DNA of 64,000 nt from an uncultured virus (IMG/VR IMGVR_UViG_3300034107_000607) (Duplodnaviria; Heunggongvirae; Uroviricota; Caudoviricetes), in IMG/VR virus record IMGVR_UViG_3300034107_000607; one strand, 5' to 3'. Below are positions 1 through 10,800 of this stretch, in pieces; position 1 is the stretch's first letter; the number at the start of each line of letters is the position of its first letter. The position numbers were made by a program, and so were the translations under genes. A model generated the notes under the pieces. That model was not told the DNA's origin. It did not search any database and saw nothing but the letters and a program-made list of their open reading frames with translations.

Positions 1-34
1 CCATTTTATCACCTAATGATGTGTAAGTTTTTTC

Positions 35-42
35 TATTTATA
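35..42 (-). promoter_or_regulatory. T4-type late promoter TATAAATA for a gene starting at position 4 (runs off window)
   Basis: tatttata on + strand; downstream AGGTGA Shine-Dalgarno (9-14) and ATG (2-4) on minus strand. Confidence 0.75.
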
Positions 43-63
43 CTTAATGAACGACACTTTTGG

Positions 64-105
64 TTGACAGGTTCTACATGTATGGTATAATTGGATTATC
101 ATCCA
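64..105 (+). promoter_or_regulatory. sigma70-type promoter (TTGACA-N16-TATAAT, extended -10) plus TGGAT-N4-ATCCA palindrome
   Basis: TTGACA 64-69, TG 83-84, TATAAT 86-91, palindrome 92-105; near-identical copy at 23489-23530. Confidence 0.7.
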
Positions 106-121
106 TGAAAATAAAACAGAA

Positions 122-898
122 TCAAATCCGAATAATATCTTCCTCGATACAATTAACTCCGAATTGGATTTCAACAATTCGGACTTCATTGTTCGTCTCA
201 TTTACAAGTTGATGCCATTTGCCAACTGAGATATGAATCTCATCGTGTTTTTCCAATTTTGTAGTTGAAAGAGCGGCGGGATGGTCACCATAATTTACTG
301 TCGCAATACCTTCAGAAACTATCCAATGTTCACTTCTTAGATTGTGTTTCTGAACACTCAATGATTTCCCGGGTTCCACAACTAACTCTTTGACTTTGAG
401 TGATGGTCCATCAGAGTGTAATACTCTATAATAACCCCACTTTCGTTCTGTTTTTGGTGTCTTCCATTCGGTCAGTATTTTACTACTGGAATTCATTTTA
501 TGTGTTCCACCGATACCAAAAACATATTTTAGTCTCTTTGTTTCGGAATCATCACAAACAAGTTCCATTTCAGGTATATTTGCTTTTGTTCTATCACCAC
601 CATTTGCAAAGATAATTTCGGACTCTGGATATGCATTTAAACAATATCTTATTGCTGCTTTTGCAGTCCCATCAGAATCATCAAATATAATAGCAGCGTC
701 TACCATGGATAGATGTTTTATGATTGACATTCTCTCATTCACATCCATAAATGGTTGGCCTTTTTTACGAGATAACCATTCATCGCTATTGACACCGACT
801 ACCAATGTATTACCTAATTTCTTTGCTTCTTCAAAATATGCAATATGTCCACTATGTAGAGGATCGAAACCACCAGTTACAAGAATTACTTTATGCAT
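122..898 (-). CDS. Cytidylyltransferase-like nucleotidyltransferase fused to a mannose-6-phosphate-isomerase-type cupin
   Basis: N-terminal TGGFDPLHSGH (HxGH), FANGGDR; C-terminal RKWGYY...SLSVQKH...RSEHW...EIQFG...EEDIIR cupin. Confidence 0.85.
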   Translation of the reverse strand: MHKVILVTGGFDPLHSGHIAYFEEAKKLGNTLVVGVNSDEWLSRKKGQPFMDVNERMSIIKHLSMVDAAIIFDDSDGTAKAAIRYCLNAYPESEIIFANGGDRTKANIPEMELVCDDSETKRLKYVFGIGGTHKMNSSSKILTEWKTPKTERKWGYYRVLHSDGPSLKVKELVVEPGKSLSVQKHNLRSEHWIVSEGIATVNYGDHPAALSTTKLEKHDEIHISVGKWHQLVNETNNEVRIVEIQFGVNCIEEDIIRI

Positions 899-1635
899 TA
901 ATATATATCTCCATATTTCTTAAAATCAACATGTTTAAATAAACCTTCACCCCATGCAACATTAAAATTCTGTTCTGCCCACCATCTTGAAATTGATGGT
1001 TCAAGAAGATTATCTTGGATAAATGGATCAATAATATCTGGAATAAATTCTGTCTTGAATAAACACGGATTATTGGTCCAATTAGACCAACGCGATGTTG
1101 TAATGTAGTGATATTTATGCTTTCTAATTTGCTCAAATTTTAGATCAGGTTCTTCAATCCAATGAATACAATCAAAGAGATGCGGAGAAATTAAACCAGT
1201 ATTTTCATCGTAATGATTTAATTCATTATCCCTATAAACTTCTGAAAATAAAGGATATCCAGGTGTTCGTCTAGATCTTAGTCTTATGCACTGATAATCT
1301 TCTTCTAAAAGATCTATGGATCCAATTAATCTTTTCTTTGTAGTTTCTTTAGTTTCAATTAATTGCCAATCATTTTCAAGAAATAGAAAATATTCTTCTG
1401 TTGCTTGTTCGGCTAGTATTTGCATTGCTTTACCAATGCCTACATTTGTATCTAAACCAATGAAAGGAATGCCATATTTTTTAGCAAGTGCTTTATCCTC
1501 TTTAGTAACTTCTTGAAATAGAATTGTTATATCTGAAACTAGATTAAAAAGTCCATTCATTATATAAGTTTTTATTGTCTCTTCTAGAACTTCAGGTGAG
1601 TTCCACGAAAGTATTCCTACTGAAATTGGTAACAT
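898..1635 (-). CDS. Glycosyltransferase, GT-A/GT2-like
   Basis: ISVGILSWN start, NVGIG, FLFLENDW, WTNNP; start moved to ATG 1635, just after the upstream stop. Confidence 0.7.
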   Translation of the reverse strand: MLPISVGILSWNSPEVLEETIKTYIMNGLFNLVSDITILFQEVTKEDKALAKKYGIPFIGLDTNVGIGKAMQILAEQATEEYFLFLENDWQLIETKETTKKRLIGSIDLLEEDYQCIRLRSRRTPGYPLFSEVYRDNELNHYDENTGLISPHLFDCIHWIEEPDLKFEQIRKHKYHYITTSRWSNWTNNPCLFKTEFIPDIIDPFIQDNLLEPSISRWWAEQNFNVAWGEGLFKHVDFKKYGDIY

Positions 1636-1636
1636 T

Positions 1637-2422
1637 TTAAAATCCTGTATGTTTTCTTCTGACAAATTCGAGATCATATAGTGAATAACTAATATCTCGT
1701 TCTTCTCCAGCAAAGGGTAGTACATGTGGACATACAGTTCTCCAACCAGGACCCCATTTGCGGGTAAGATATTCTATATTAAGTGCATTAGAAATTTGTA
1801 ATATTTGTGCTAAATTCTCGTCAGATTTTTCAGTTTGTCTTCCATGTTCATAGTATGCTTCGGCATCTCCAGTACCATGTAAATAACCTGATTGTAATCC
1901 TACAATTTTCTTGACACCTTTGTTCACCATTTTCATAATATAATCTGCATCTTCACAATATGCGGGATATGTATTTTCGTCAAATAACCCTAGTTTCTTG
2001 ACTGCTCTTTCGTGTATTGCAAATAAATCCCACGCACCAATTTCAAAATCACCAGGGTTTGGATGTATTGTTCCAATTTCTGAATCATTTATCATGATAT
2101 CATTAAATTCTTTTAATAATCCTGGTTTAAAAGCAACATCATCATTAGCAATTATCCAATATGCTGCATTCATATAACACTTAATAATTAAATTCCAAGC
2201 ACCTGCACATCCTATATTAGCAGGCATATGAACTACTTTTATTTTATCTATATAGCGGTGCTTTAACTTGACTATATTGTTTAATTCTTCATCAATAATA
2301 CCACGTCCATTATTGTTTATAATTACAAAATTTTCCACTGGATAGTCAACACTTAAAAGTAATCTTGAAACCCAGAAACTGCTATTTACAACAGCAGCTC
2401 CTATCACAGGTATCTTATTCAT
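1637..2422 (-). CDS. Glycosyltransferase, GT2-like
   Basis: NIGCAGAWN, IIANDD, GLFDENTYPAYCEDADY; likely start ATG 2422 (MNKIPVIG). Confidence 0.8.
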   Translation of the reverse strand: MNKIPVIGAAVVNSSFWVSRLLLSVDYPVENFVIINNNGRGIIDEELNNIVKLKHRYIDKIKVVHMPANIGCAGAWNLIIKCYMNAAYWIIANDDVAFKPGLLKEFNDIMINDSEIGTIHPNPGDFEIGAWDLFAIHERAVKKLGLFDENTYPAYCEDADYIMKMVNKGVKKIVGLQSGYLHGTGDAEAYYEHGRQTEKSDENLAQILQISNALNIEYLTRKWGPGWRTVCPHVLPFAGEERDISYSLYDLEFVRRKHTGF

Positions 2423-3668
2423 TATAGGCACCAAACATAAAGTTTTCTGCACATTTTGTTTTATCTGAAGTATCAACTAGATGTTTTACTTTTTCATATT
2501 CATCTCTATGTACAAACCAATCTTCATATGGTCTATTTTCATCTGGTGAGATATTTGACACCGCAAGAACATAACCAAATGATTCTAAGAATTGTCTTGC
2601 CTTTTCTCTGACATTACTTTTTGGGTCTGCGTAATGGTCGTGTTCGAACGTAATTACTGAAAACTTGTAAGTTTCAAACGGGATTGTGTAAAGAACTTTC
2701 AGTGATATTTCAGCTGGATCAACATCAATCTGTAAGTAATCTATTTCAGTACCAAAACCGAGTGACTTAAAATAAGTACCATAATTTATTGTTGTTGCAT
2801 CTTTTAATATTGCTGTATGTTTTCTTTCTGCATTATGTTTTGCTATAAATTCTTCACTTATATCAACTGACATTCCAGTCCAGCCAAAATCTTTTTCCAA
2901 TAGATAACTATTATTTCCATATGTAGGATGACCTGATCCAATTTCTACATATGTTCCATTCTTTTTACCATTTAATACAGTAAGAACAAACATATCTTGA
3001 TATGCTTCAGAATAATTCTGTTCTATATCTTCAAGACTTTCAAATTTCCAGCGCAATTTATATAATTTAGATTTAGAGTATGTTGTCAATGATTTGGAAG
3101 CAAATGCATTCATATTTACTAAATTATTCTTAACTGAATTTGCAAATTCATCATTCATGTCCCAATTCATATGAAGATCCAAAAGAATTGATTTTGTTTC
3201 TTCTTGTAAACCATTCCACCAACCCATTACGCCCTTTTGAAATAATAGAGCATATTTACCTGGATAATTTACTGGTACTCTCAATTCTTTATTATTAAAA
3301 TCACAAACTTGAAGTGCTATAGAACACATTGTATATGAGTCTAAGTATCTACCCTCATTTGTATCATTGTATTCATATAGTCTACTTAATATATAATATG
3401 CCTCAGGTCTTTTCGGTAAAATAGTAATTGCCTGTTGAAGCATACCTTTTACAGTAAATCTACGAGTACCTTGTCGCTCAAAGCAATTTGCACCATGCAA
3501 TAGACATTCATATCGCAGAAGAAGATCTTCTGTTCTTTCAGCTGTTCTAATATAATAGGAAACAGCAGATGCAGTCTGACCTATTTCATCATAGTATCTT
3601 GCCATTTTAAAATTAATCTCTGGATCATTTGGATTTAAAGCAAATTGATTAAGTAAATCTTCTATCAT
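2415..3668 (-). CDS. TPR-domain protein fused to FkbM-like methyltransferase
   Basis: N-terminal helical repeats (AITILPKRPEAYY); C-terminal GTYVEIGS, NNSYLLEK.FGW.G, IDYLQIDVD, ITFEHD, EDWFV. Confidence 0.75.
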   Translation of the reverse strand: MIEDLLNQFALNPNDPEINFKMARYYDEIGQTASAVSYYIRTAERTEDLLLRYECLLHGANCFERQGTRRFTVKGMLQQAITILPKRPEAYYILSRLYEYNDTNEGRYLDSYTMCSIALQVCDFNNKELRVPVNYPGKYALLFQKGVMGWWNGLQEETKSILLDLHMNWDMNDEFANSVKNNLVNMNAFASKSLTTYSKSKLYKLRWKFESLEDIEQNYSEAYQDMFVLTVLNGKKNGTYVEIGSGHPTYGNNSYLLEKDFGWTGMSVDISEEFIAKHNAERKHTAILKDATTINYGTYFKSLGFGTEIDYLQIDVDPAEISLKVLYTIPFETYKFSVITFEHDHYADPKSNVREKARQFLESFGYVLAVSNISPDENRPYEDWFVHRDEYEKVKHLVDTSDKTKCAENFMFGAYNE

Positions 3669-4285
3669 ATCAAAACTCTCTTATATAGTTTTCTATTCAA
3701 TACATCGTCAACCATAATAAACTTGTTATTAAGCATTAAATTGTGTATAGGTGAATGATCATAATGATCAGTGTTATCAAAAACAAGAAGCCCTCTAATT
3801 GACATTCTTGGAATAAAGAAATTTGCGGCTAATCTGACTGATTCTATATCATGCTGACCGTCAATATGGACAAAACAATATGTATTCAGCATTTTCTTTT
3901 CTTGATCGTAAACAGGAACACCATCTGTAAATCTTCTATAAAATTCAGAGTCTTCCATATTAAAGAAAAGAATATTAATTCTATTATCAAATGCATATCG
4001 GTATAGTTCTGCAAGTGTCTCATTTTTCATATCATCTGTATAGTCACTTCGATGTGGACCTACTATATCATTGTAAATAATATTTCCATATGGGTCCATG
4101 CAGATATGAACACGTTTATCTTCATTTTCCATAAATGAATCGAGTATTACTTTAGTTCCCCCGCCTCGGCGAAGTCCTACTTCACAGCTTAGTCCCTCAA
4201 CACCTTTCAGTGTCTTTATGTGTTGAGTCATAATTTCATATGTCTCAATAGGGCTATCTATTTGTAAATTTGGATATTGACTCAT
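3665..4285 (-). CDS. Class I SAM-dependent O-methyltransferase (TylF/Methyltransf_24-like)
   Basis: CEVGLRRGGG, FVHIDGQH, LLVFDN. Confidence 0.75.
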   Translation of the reverse strand: MSQYPNLQIDSPIETYEIMTQHIKTLKGVEGLSCEVGLRRGGGTKVILDSFMENEDKRVHICMDPYGNIIYNDIVGPHRSDYTDDMKNETLAELYRYAFDNRINILFFNMEDSEFYRRFTDGVPVYDQEKKMLNTYCFVHIDGQHDIESVRLAANFFIPRMSIRGLLVFDNTDHYDHSPIHNLMLNNKFIMVDDVLNRKLYKRVLI

Positions 4286-5241
4286 ACTAAAAATCTTTCT
4301 TCAAATAATTTCATTACAGATTGCGGAGAAAATTTATCCAATAGATAACTCGTATTAAACGAAGTATTTCTTTCAATATTAAGAAATATGTTATCTAAAT
4401 CTCCTTTGTGTGAATATTTATAACAATGATCTTGTAAAAATAGAAAATGGTTTCTTCCGCCTAATTGGTGATTTGTCTGTAGATATTCATTATCATATGA
4501 GATAATAGGTTTATCTTTTGCCGCAAATTCTAAAACTGAAAGACCGAAGGTCTCACCGTAATCTCTGGCATGTATCATTGCGTCACATGTGTTAATAAAT
4601 TTTGTTTTTTCTTTTAAATCTACTGTTGCATCTAGATATATGACTCTTTGATGCTCTAATTTCTTTTCGGTATTTAAGAATAAAAACCAAATATCTGATC
4701 TTTTATCTAATATCTCTTTAATGCTATCAATTACAAAATCAATATTAAATGTATCAAAACCACCATGACGTCCTATTACCAGTGCATCTTTTGGTATATT
4801 AAGATTATCTCTCAAAGTTTCGGTGGTATCATAAAGATTTAAAATATGTGGTACATAAGGTATGTCATTAAAATGTGATTGCCATTCAGAAACTACAGCA
4901 TATCTTTCACCGTGCATATATTCTCTATGTTTGCAGAATACAGAATGAATTAAATTTTTAGTATTAGAAGAAACTATTCCATCATGATATCCATATTTAA
5001 TAGCATAGAAAGCATCTATTGAATTTTTAGATATGTAAGTTTCTACATCATCAAATGTGTCATATGAAAATACTTCAAAATTATTTTTAAACCTTTGAAT
5101 TGCTTGTGGTTTACTATTTTCATTTCTATAAGTAATTATTGGTTCTATATCTAATAGTTCTCTTGCATAATATGCATAATCAAACATTGCAACAGAAGTG
5201 CCTCTTTCTGTTAATTGATTTTCATGAAAAAGTATTTTCAT
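4282..5241 (-). CDS. Glycosyltransferase, GT-B/GT4-like
   Basis: RGTSVAMFDYA, GRHGG, CDAMIHAR..GETFGLSVLE. Confidence 0.8.
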   Translation of the reverse strand: MKILFHENQLTERGTSVAMFDYAYYARELLDIEPIITYRNENSKPQAIQRFKNNFEVFSYDTFDDVETYISKNSIDAFYAIKYGYHDGIVSSNTKNLIHSVFCKHREYMHGERYAVVSEWQSHFNDIPYVPHILNLYDTTETLRDNLNIPKDALVIGRHGGFDTFNIDFVIDSIKEILDKRSDIWFLFLNTEKKLEHQRVIYLDATVDLKEKTKFINTCDAMIHARDYGETFGLSVLEFAAKDKPIISYDNEYLQTNHQLGGRNHFLFLQDHCYKYSHKGDLDNIFLNIERNTSFNTSYLLDKFSPQSVMKLFEERFLV

Positions 5242-6049
5242 CTGGTAATAGATACTTTCTAATTCTGTTATTTTCTAATATCAAGTTCGGTAAATTGTTT
5301 ATATTATATCTTTTTAATATATGATCTTTTCTTCCGAGTGGATCAAATGAATTTTCTGATGCACTAAAGTTTTCATCTAGAGTATGTTCACCAGCGTGGC
5401 TATAATTTTTAATTTTTGTTTTTAATCTTTCTTGATTTCCCATCCAAGTAAAATGCCAACCAAGTTCTTTTAAATAACCATCTTCTGTTATAAAAATATC
5501 TTGCAATCTATGAAAACCCCAAGCATGATCTTCACGAATTTCTGAAAGTGTATAATGTTTTAATTGTTGTCCAGAAACTAAAAATGGGGTATTCCATTGC
5601 ATCTGTTCTTCATTTTGATTATAAACTCTTAAATCTGCTCTACCACACAAATATGCAAGTGGTGTTCTCAAAATCTCATTTGGGTGATTTTCTTTGATGT
5701 ATTTCATATATTCTATATGTGCCGGATTTAAAATCTCATCACAATCACCAATAAATGCAATGTCTGTTTCTCTAATATATGATGTAGCTGCATCTCTTTG
5801 CATACGCTCACGTACCCAATTATTCGGTTCTTGTGCAAGTGAAGGCAACATAACTGGAACATACCAGATTTTCTCAAGAGAAATATCCATTCTCTTGAGA
5901 GTGTTTAAAAGTGTCATTTGTTTCGGTAAACCGCTATGAGTGTGGTCTGCTTCTGTAATTATGAATTTATCTACTTTATTATATAGTAGTCTTAATCTTA
6001 ATTCTAGAAGTTCTTCCTCATTAAAATAAGAAAAGCAATCAATTATCAT
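5222..6049 (-). CDS. GT17-like (MGAT3-type beta-1,4-GlcNAc transferase) glycosyltransferase
   Basis: IIDCFSYFNE.ELLELRL, VDKFII.EA..THSG.PK, W.RE..QRD, DCDEI, GWHFTW, K...YSH. Confidence 0.8.
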   Translation of the reverse strand: MIIDCFSYFNEEELLELRLRLLYNKVDKFIITEADHTHSGLPKQMTLLNTLKRMDISLEKIWYVPVMLPSLAQEPNNWVRERMQRDAATSYIRETDIAFIGDCDEILNPAHIEYMKYIKENHPNEILRTPLAYLCGRADLRVYNQNEEQMQWNTPFLVSGQQLKHYTLSEIREDHAWGFHRLQDIFITEDGYLKELGWHFTWMGNQERLKTKIKNYSHAGEHTLDENFSASENSFDPLGRKDHILKRYNINNLPNLILENNRIRKYLLPDENTFS

Positions 6050-7085
6050 TTATAAAATCAATTATGTCCTGAATATTAGTTTGCAAAATATATGCAGCAT
6101 TATCTTGAAAACCAAATGTAATTAAAACTTCACCATTATTATGATGACACATTCCAACTGCAAATTCTACGTGTCCATTCATCATTGAAAAATCATTTGT
6201 ATACTTTACAATATTCCAATCTTTATCCCAGACTATAAAGCGATGTCTATAAACTGCATCTTTTCTATCGTGTTCACTTCTAAATAAATCAACTTCATGA
6301 ACAAGAGCTATTCTTTGCCCATCAATACCAAGTGGAATTACTTGTGTTCCACCTCTAAAATCGTTTGGTGCTGGAAAGTATTCACTTAATTTTATTGTAG
6401 TTGATTTAGCATCAATAGGATCTACTTTGACTACCTCTGTTGGATTAGACCATTTTACATACGTATAGTCTTCATCAATAACTGGCATCCAATTCTTTTC
6501 ACAATATGAATTTGGATCTTTTGGCGGTGGTATTCTGACTCTAGAAACTTCAGTCATTTTACCTTCAATGTATTGAAGTTCTGATAACTCCATTCTACCC
6601 TGACCATTTGTAGTTGTATCTCTACGAACACCTGTTGCATAAAGTTTTTCATTCCAAAGTACAAGACGGACATCTTCGAGACCAACAAAATCCCACATTG
6701 GCTCATATGTGTCAAATTTTGATGTATCTATTTTACAGAATCCAGTGATATTAAGATCATTATCCAATTCACAGTAATAATTAGTTGTTCGTAAATGCAT
6801 ATCATTTTCAGGGTGTAAATAAGTAAGTGGCCCCCATTGGTGCTGCAATAGTTTTCGTTCGGAATGATAGAATGTATAATTTACGTGTCGGATATTGACA
6901 ATTAATCTACCATCAGGCAATCTATAAATGGTCGGATTCATTAATCCAGTTCCATTAGTTAGTTCTGATGGGATAATGAGAGGCTTTATCTTGCCACCTC
7001 GTTCAAGTACATATTTGGTAAATGATTCATTATTACCGAACTTATACTTTGATTCTACTTCGTTAAAACCTTTTTTGATTTCCAT
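6039..7085 (-). CDS. Beta-propeller glycoside hydrolase/phosphorylase-like protein
   Basis: MNPTI, GLEDVRL, CEKNWMP, RGGT, VEFAVG, FGFQD; start ATG 7085 has a GAGGTGA SD. Confidence 0.6.
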   Translation of the reverse strand: MEIKKGFNEVESKYKFGNNESFTKYVLERGGKIKPLIIPSELTNGTGLMNPTIYRLPDGRLIVNIRHVNYTFYHSERKLLQHQWGPLTYLHPENDMHLRTTNYYCELDNDLNITGFCKIDTSKFDTYEPMWDFVGLEDVRLVLWNEKLYATGVRRDTTTNGQGRMELSELQYIEGKMTEVSRVRIPPPKDPNSYCEKNWMPVIDEDYTYVKWSNPTEVVKVDPIDAKSTTIKLSEYFPAPNDFRGGTQVIPLGIDGQRIALVHEVDLFRSEHDRKDAVYRHRFIVWDKDWNIVKYTNDFSMMNGHVEFAVGMCHHNNGEVLITFGFQDNAAYILQTNIQDIIDFINDN

Positions 7086-7120
7086 AGTATAGTCACCTCT
7101 ATTCAATTATATTGTGATAT

Positions 7121-7825
7121 TTATAACCCAAACAGGTGCCAAGAATTTTGATGAACTGCTACATATTCTGGACCTTTAAAATCTTCATCTATCAGAGTAT
7201 AGTCATGAAACTCTATGCTGTCTTGTTTTAACTTACCCAATTTAAATCCTAGTGGTTCCAAGAAATTGTAACTATCTATTAACATCCATTTGGTAAGCAC
7301 ACATATGAAACTATATTCAAATTGAATAATTCTAACCTTACCTTCTTTGAGCGTCTTTTCAAACCCTTTAAATACCTTTCCTTCTGCACCTTCGGTATCT
7401 ATTTTTAGATAATCTATCATTTCAAGTCTACGACTATCAACATAATCGTCACCTGTAAATGCAAGACCATTTATCGGAATACTATCATCTAATCTTAAAT
7501 CTGTAACTATTGTACTGAGTGAATCATATTCGGTTTTATGCTTCATTGGCACAGGGCCAGATTTATCTAGTAAACCGAAACTATTCGGAATCATTTTATT
7601 GTCTAGTTCAATATTTCTAAGCATTTTACTGTAAGTATCAGGAACTATTTCAAACATGTGTATATCAGCATTTGGTTGAAATGATCGAGTCATTCTTGTC
7701 CATTCACCGATATTAGATCCAACATCAAATATTGTTTTAAACTGCCCATTAAATCTATTTTGGATCCAAGTTTCACCATGCTGTTGAAACTCACTCATTG
7801 CATATTCACGATTGTATTCACTCAT
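7121..7825 (-). CDS. FkbM-family methyltransferase
   Basis: IFDVGSNIGEW, IDYLKIDTEGAE, IIQFEY. Confidence 0.88.
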   Translation of the reverse strand: MSEYNREYAMSEFQQHGETWIQNRFNGQFKTIFDVGSNIGEWTRMTRSFQPNADIHMFEIVPDTYSKMLRNIELDNKMIPNSFGLLDKSGPVPMKHKTEYDSLSTIVTDLRLDDSIPINGLAFTGDDYVDSRRLEMIDYLKIDTEGAEGKVFKGFEKTLKEGKVRIIQFEYSFICVLTKWMLIDSYNFLEPLGFKLGKLKQDSIEFHDYTLIDEDFKGPEYVAVHQNSWHLFGL

Positions 7826-10800
7826 TTAAAGATTCTCTCTTTTCTATAACTATCAGGTATTACAGTCACACCAGTTTCATCTTTTTTAACTTCTACTTGT
7901 TTTGGAATTTCTATTGGTTTAACTTCACTTTTAACTTTAAAGAAAGTTGAACCTTTATGATCGCATGTAATAGTTGTATCTACCCAAACTTTAAATCCAT
8001 TATCTCTTGCTTTCTTGCAGAAATAGATATCTTCTGATACTGTATCTTTATGATTTATTGCAGATTGATAATAGAAATGTGGGTATTCCATTTTTCTGAA
8101 TACATCACTTTTTACTAAACAGCAACCAAATCCACAGGCTGCTATTTCAACCAAACCATTATGTATCTTAATTAAATTATGAGGGATATTAATAATGCCA
8201 CCGGTTGGATCTACCATGTATATCTCAAGAGTATGAGTATCTGGTATTCGTTGAATATACATTCCAGTAACTATGTCTTTGTCAGCAGCAATCATTTTCT
8301 TAAGTGCATCTTTTGGAATTATAATATCTGAATCTATGGACAATAGATAATCATATCTTTTAGCCCATTCTCCAATTAGATTTCGTATTTGATCTACTTG
8401 ATACCCGAAAAAGTACTGAAACTCAACTTCATAACCAGTTGGTATTTCTAAATCCCAAATACTTTTGAATGTTTCTACTTCAATATACTTATTTGTTGGT
8501 ATTGCAATAAGAATTTTTTTATTCATTTTGTGTTTATCACCCTTTAACCATTTTTCAAAGATTGGCTTTTCTTTATCATGGGATTCTTTCCATATGTCAA
8601 GATCTCTTGATGTTGCACCAAAATCTTCCTCGTAATTTATATTTGATATTAGATATACACTCTTTCCAGAGTTTATAGTATTATGTAAGATAAAATCATC
8701 ACCGAAATATACGTCCAAACCTTCAGGTATTGGAACCCAATCATTTTTATTCATTATAATGAGTTGACCAAACCCATAAGCAGATTTATCTTGTGACCAT
8801 TCTATTAGATCTATTGAACCATCTGTTAATTCTGGTTGATTATATTTATGACCACCGACTATAAATCCATACACACCTATCTTGTCATTGATGTGATTAG
8901 AAATTTTATTAAATAACATTGGATCAAATGAAAGATCATCATTTATTATACATATTATATCATAAGAACTTTCTTTTGCACCTAAATTCCATGCAGGGTT
9001 AACTTTTATGTTAGCCTCTTGATTTAGCATTTTTATTTTTGGATTTTGTAGTACAATCCAATCAGGTGTGTGGATTACATCATTATTTATTACTATAATT
9101 TCACCGACTAAATCTTGCTGGACCAATCTTTCAAGTGATTTATTGAATAGTGGTTTAGACCGCCACATTGTCGGAACTATGACTGAGAATTTTTTACTAT
9201 ATGACATATTTGCATTTCTATTTTGCTCAACACCATTTATCTTGTAATCATTTAATGGGTTTAAATCATTGTAATTGCAAACTATTTCTCTATTACAGTA
9301 TATTTTCTCTGGCTCTATCTTCTCGATTAATTCATAGAATAGCGGATTATCGTGACCTGATTTCATCCATTTTCCATCTACTTTGAATTTTTCAATATCA
9401 AGTGAAAAGAAATGTTTGCTAAGACATGTTCTTAAATGTGTATATGGAATTTTCCAATTAAACTGATGTGTTCTATATTTTTTATTCTTTTTAACATCAA
9501 TTGGATATTCTTGAGCTATTAATGGGATATTATCTGTTAGAGACCACATAGATCCATATGTAAATTCGTAACCTTGTGCATATAGATCATTATAATAGTG
9601 AAATAGTGTGTTATTGTTTATTAACCAATCATCACCATCTAATAACATAACAATATCATCCATGGTGCAATGACTAATACCAGCTATTTGATTTGCAATA
9701 GCACCGATATTTTCTAAATTTTGAATTAATCTAAATTTACTCTGAAGTTTTTCTGGTAAACTATTAATAGTCTCTTTTGCTACTTGAAAGGACTTATCAT
9801 CTGAATTATCATCTATTAGAATATGCACGTAGTTATTATAATCTTGCGTAGCAATTGATAATATATTCTTTCGAATATAGTTTTCTGCATTCCAAAAAGG
9901 TGATATAACTACAATTCGTTTCTGATCTTCAGATGAACTATACTGTTTATTAGCAGGCATATTTCCTGTTCTTCCAAAGACACGAGCTACTTTTTGGTTG
10001 ATTCGAGTGACTTTTCTATAATCATCTACTGAAAGAAAATTCCCAAGTATCGAATAAAGAAACTGTTTCCATTGTAGTGCAACTGTATTCCAGCCTGTAA
10101 CATCTTTGACAATATCGCAGTAATTTTGTTTTTGTTGGTGTAGATATGGGTTATTATATGCAGCAAAGAAAGTTTCTAAGAACTTTTGCACCTGAATTTT
10201 TTTATCAATATGTGGAAATAAAACATTCGGTTCAATTGCATAGTCAATATGATAACAGGCAAGATCTATTGCTGTTTCTTCGAGTGCACCAAATCTTGTG
10301 GTGACAAGAGGTGTCTTGTATAGAAGTGATTCAAGGGATGAAATTCCGAATGTTTCTGGAAATGCACCTGGATAAAGCATCATCCAAGATTTTGCAAGTA
10401 TCTCTGCTATTTCATGCTGTGGAATTACTCCAGTAAATGTAATTCCGAGGTTTTTTAAGTCTTCTCTTGCGGCAAGTTGTGAAACTGTATTTTCTTGAGC
10501 ATCAGGTTCAGCTCCATCACGAAACCGATAGTAACCACCAATAATAGAAAGTTTTGCTTCTGGGATTCTTTTCTTTATCTCTGGCCAAATATGTTCTACT
10601 AGAGGCAACATACCTTTTGTTGCCGATGCATTATAGACAAATTGATTTGGATCTTTCTTTGATAGATCTACTTCTGGAATATGGCAAACGGCGCCATTAC
10701 GAGTTTGAAATATTGATTTCTTAAGTACTTCGTGGTTTCGTTTCTTGCCGTGTTGACAGGTAAGTATATATGACGTGTGCCAGTCAGAAAGTGTGAATAC

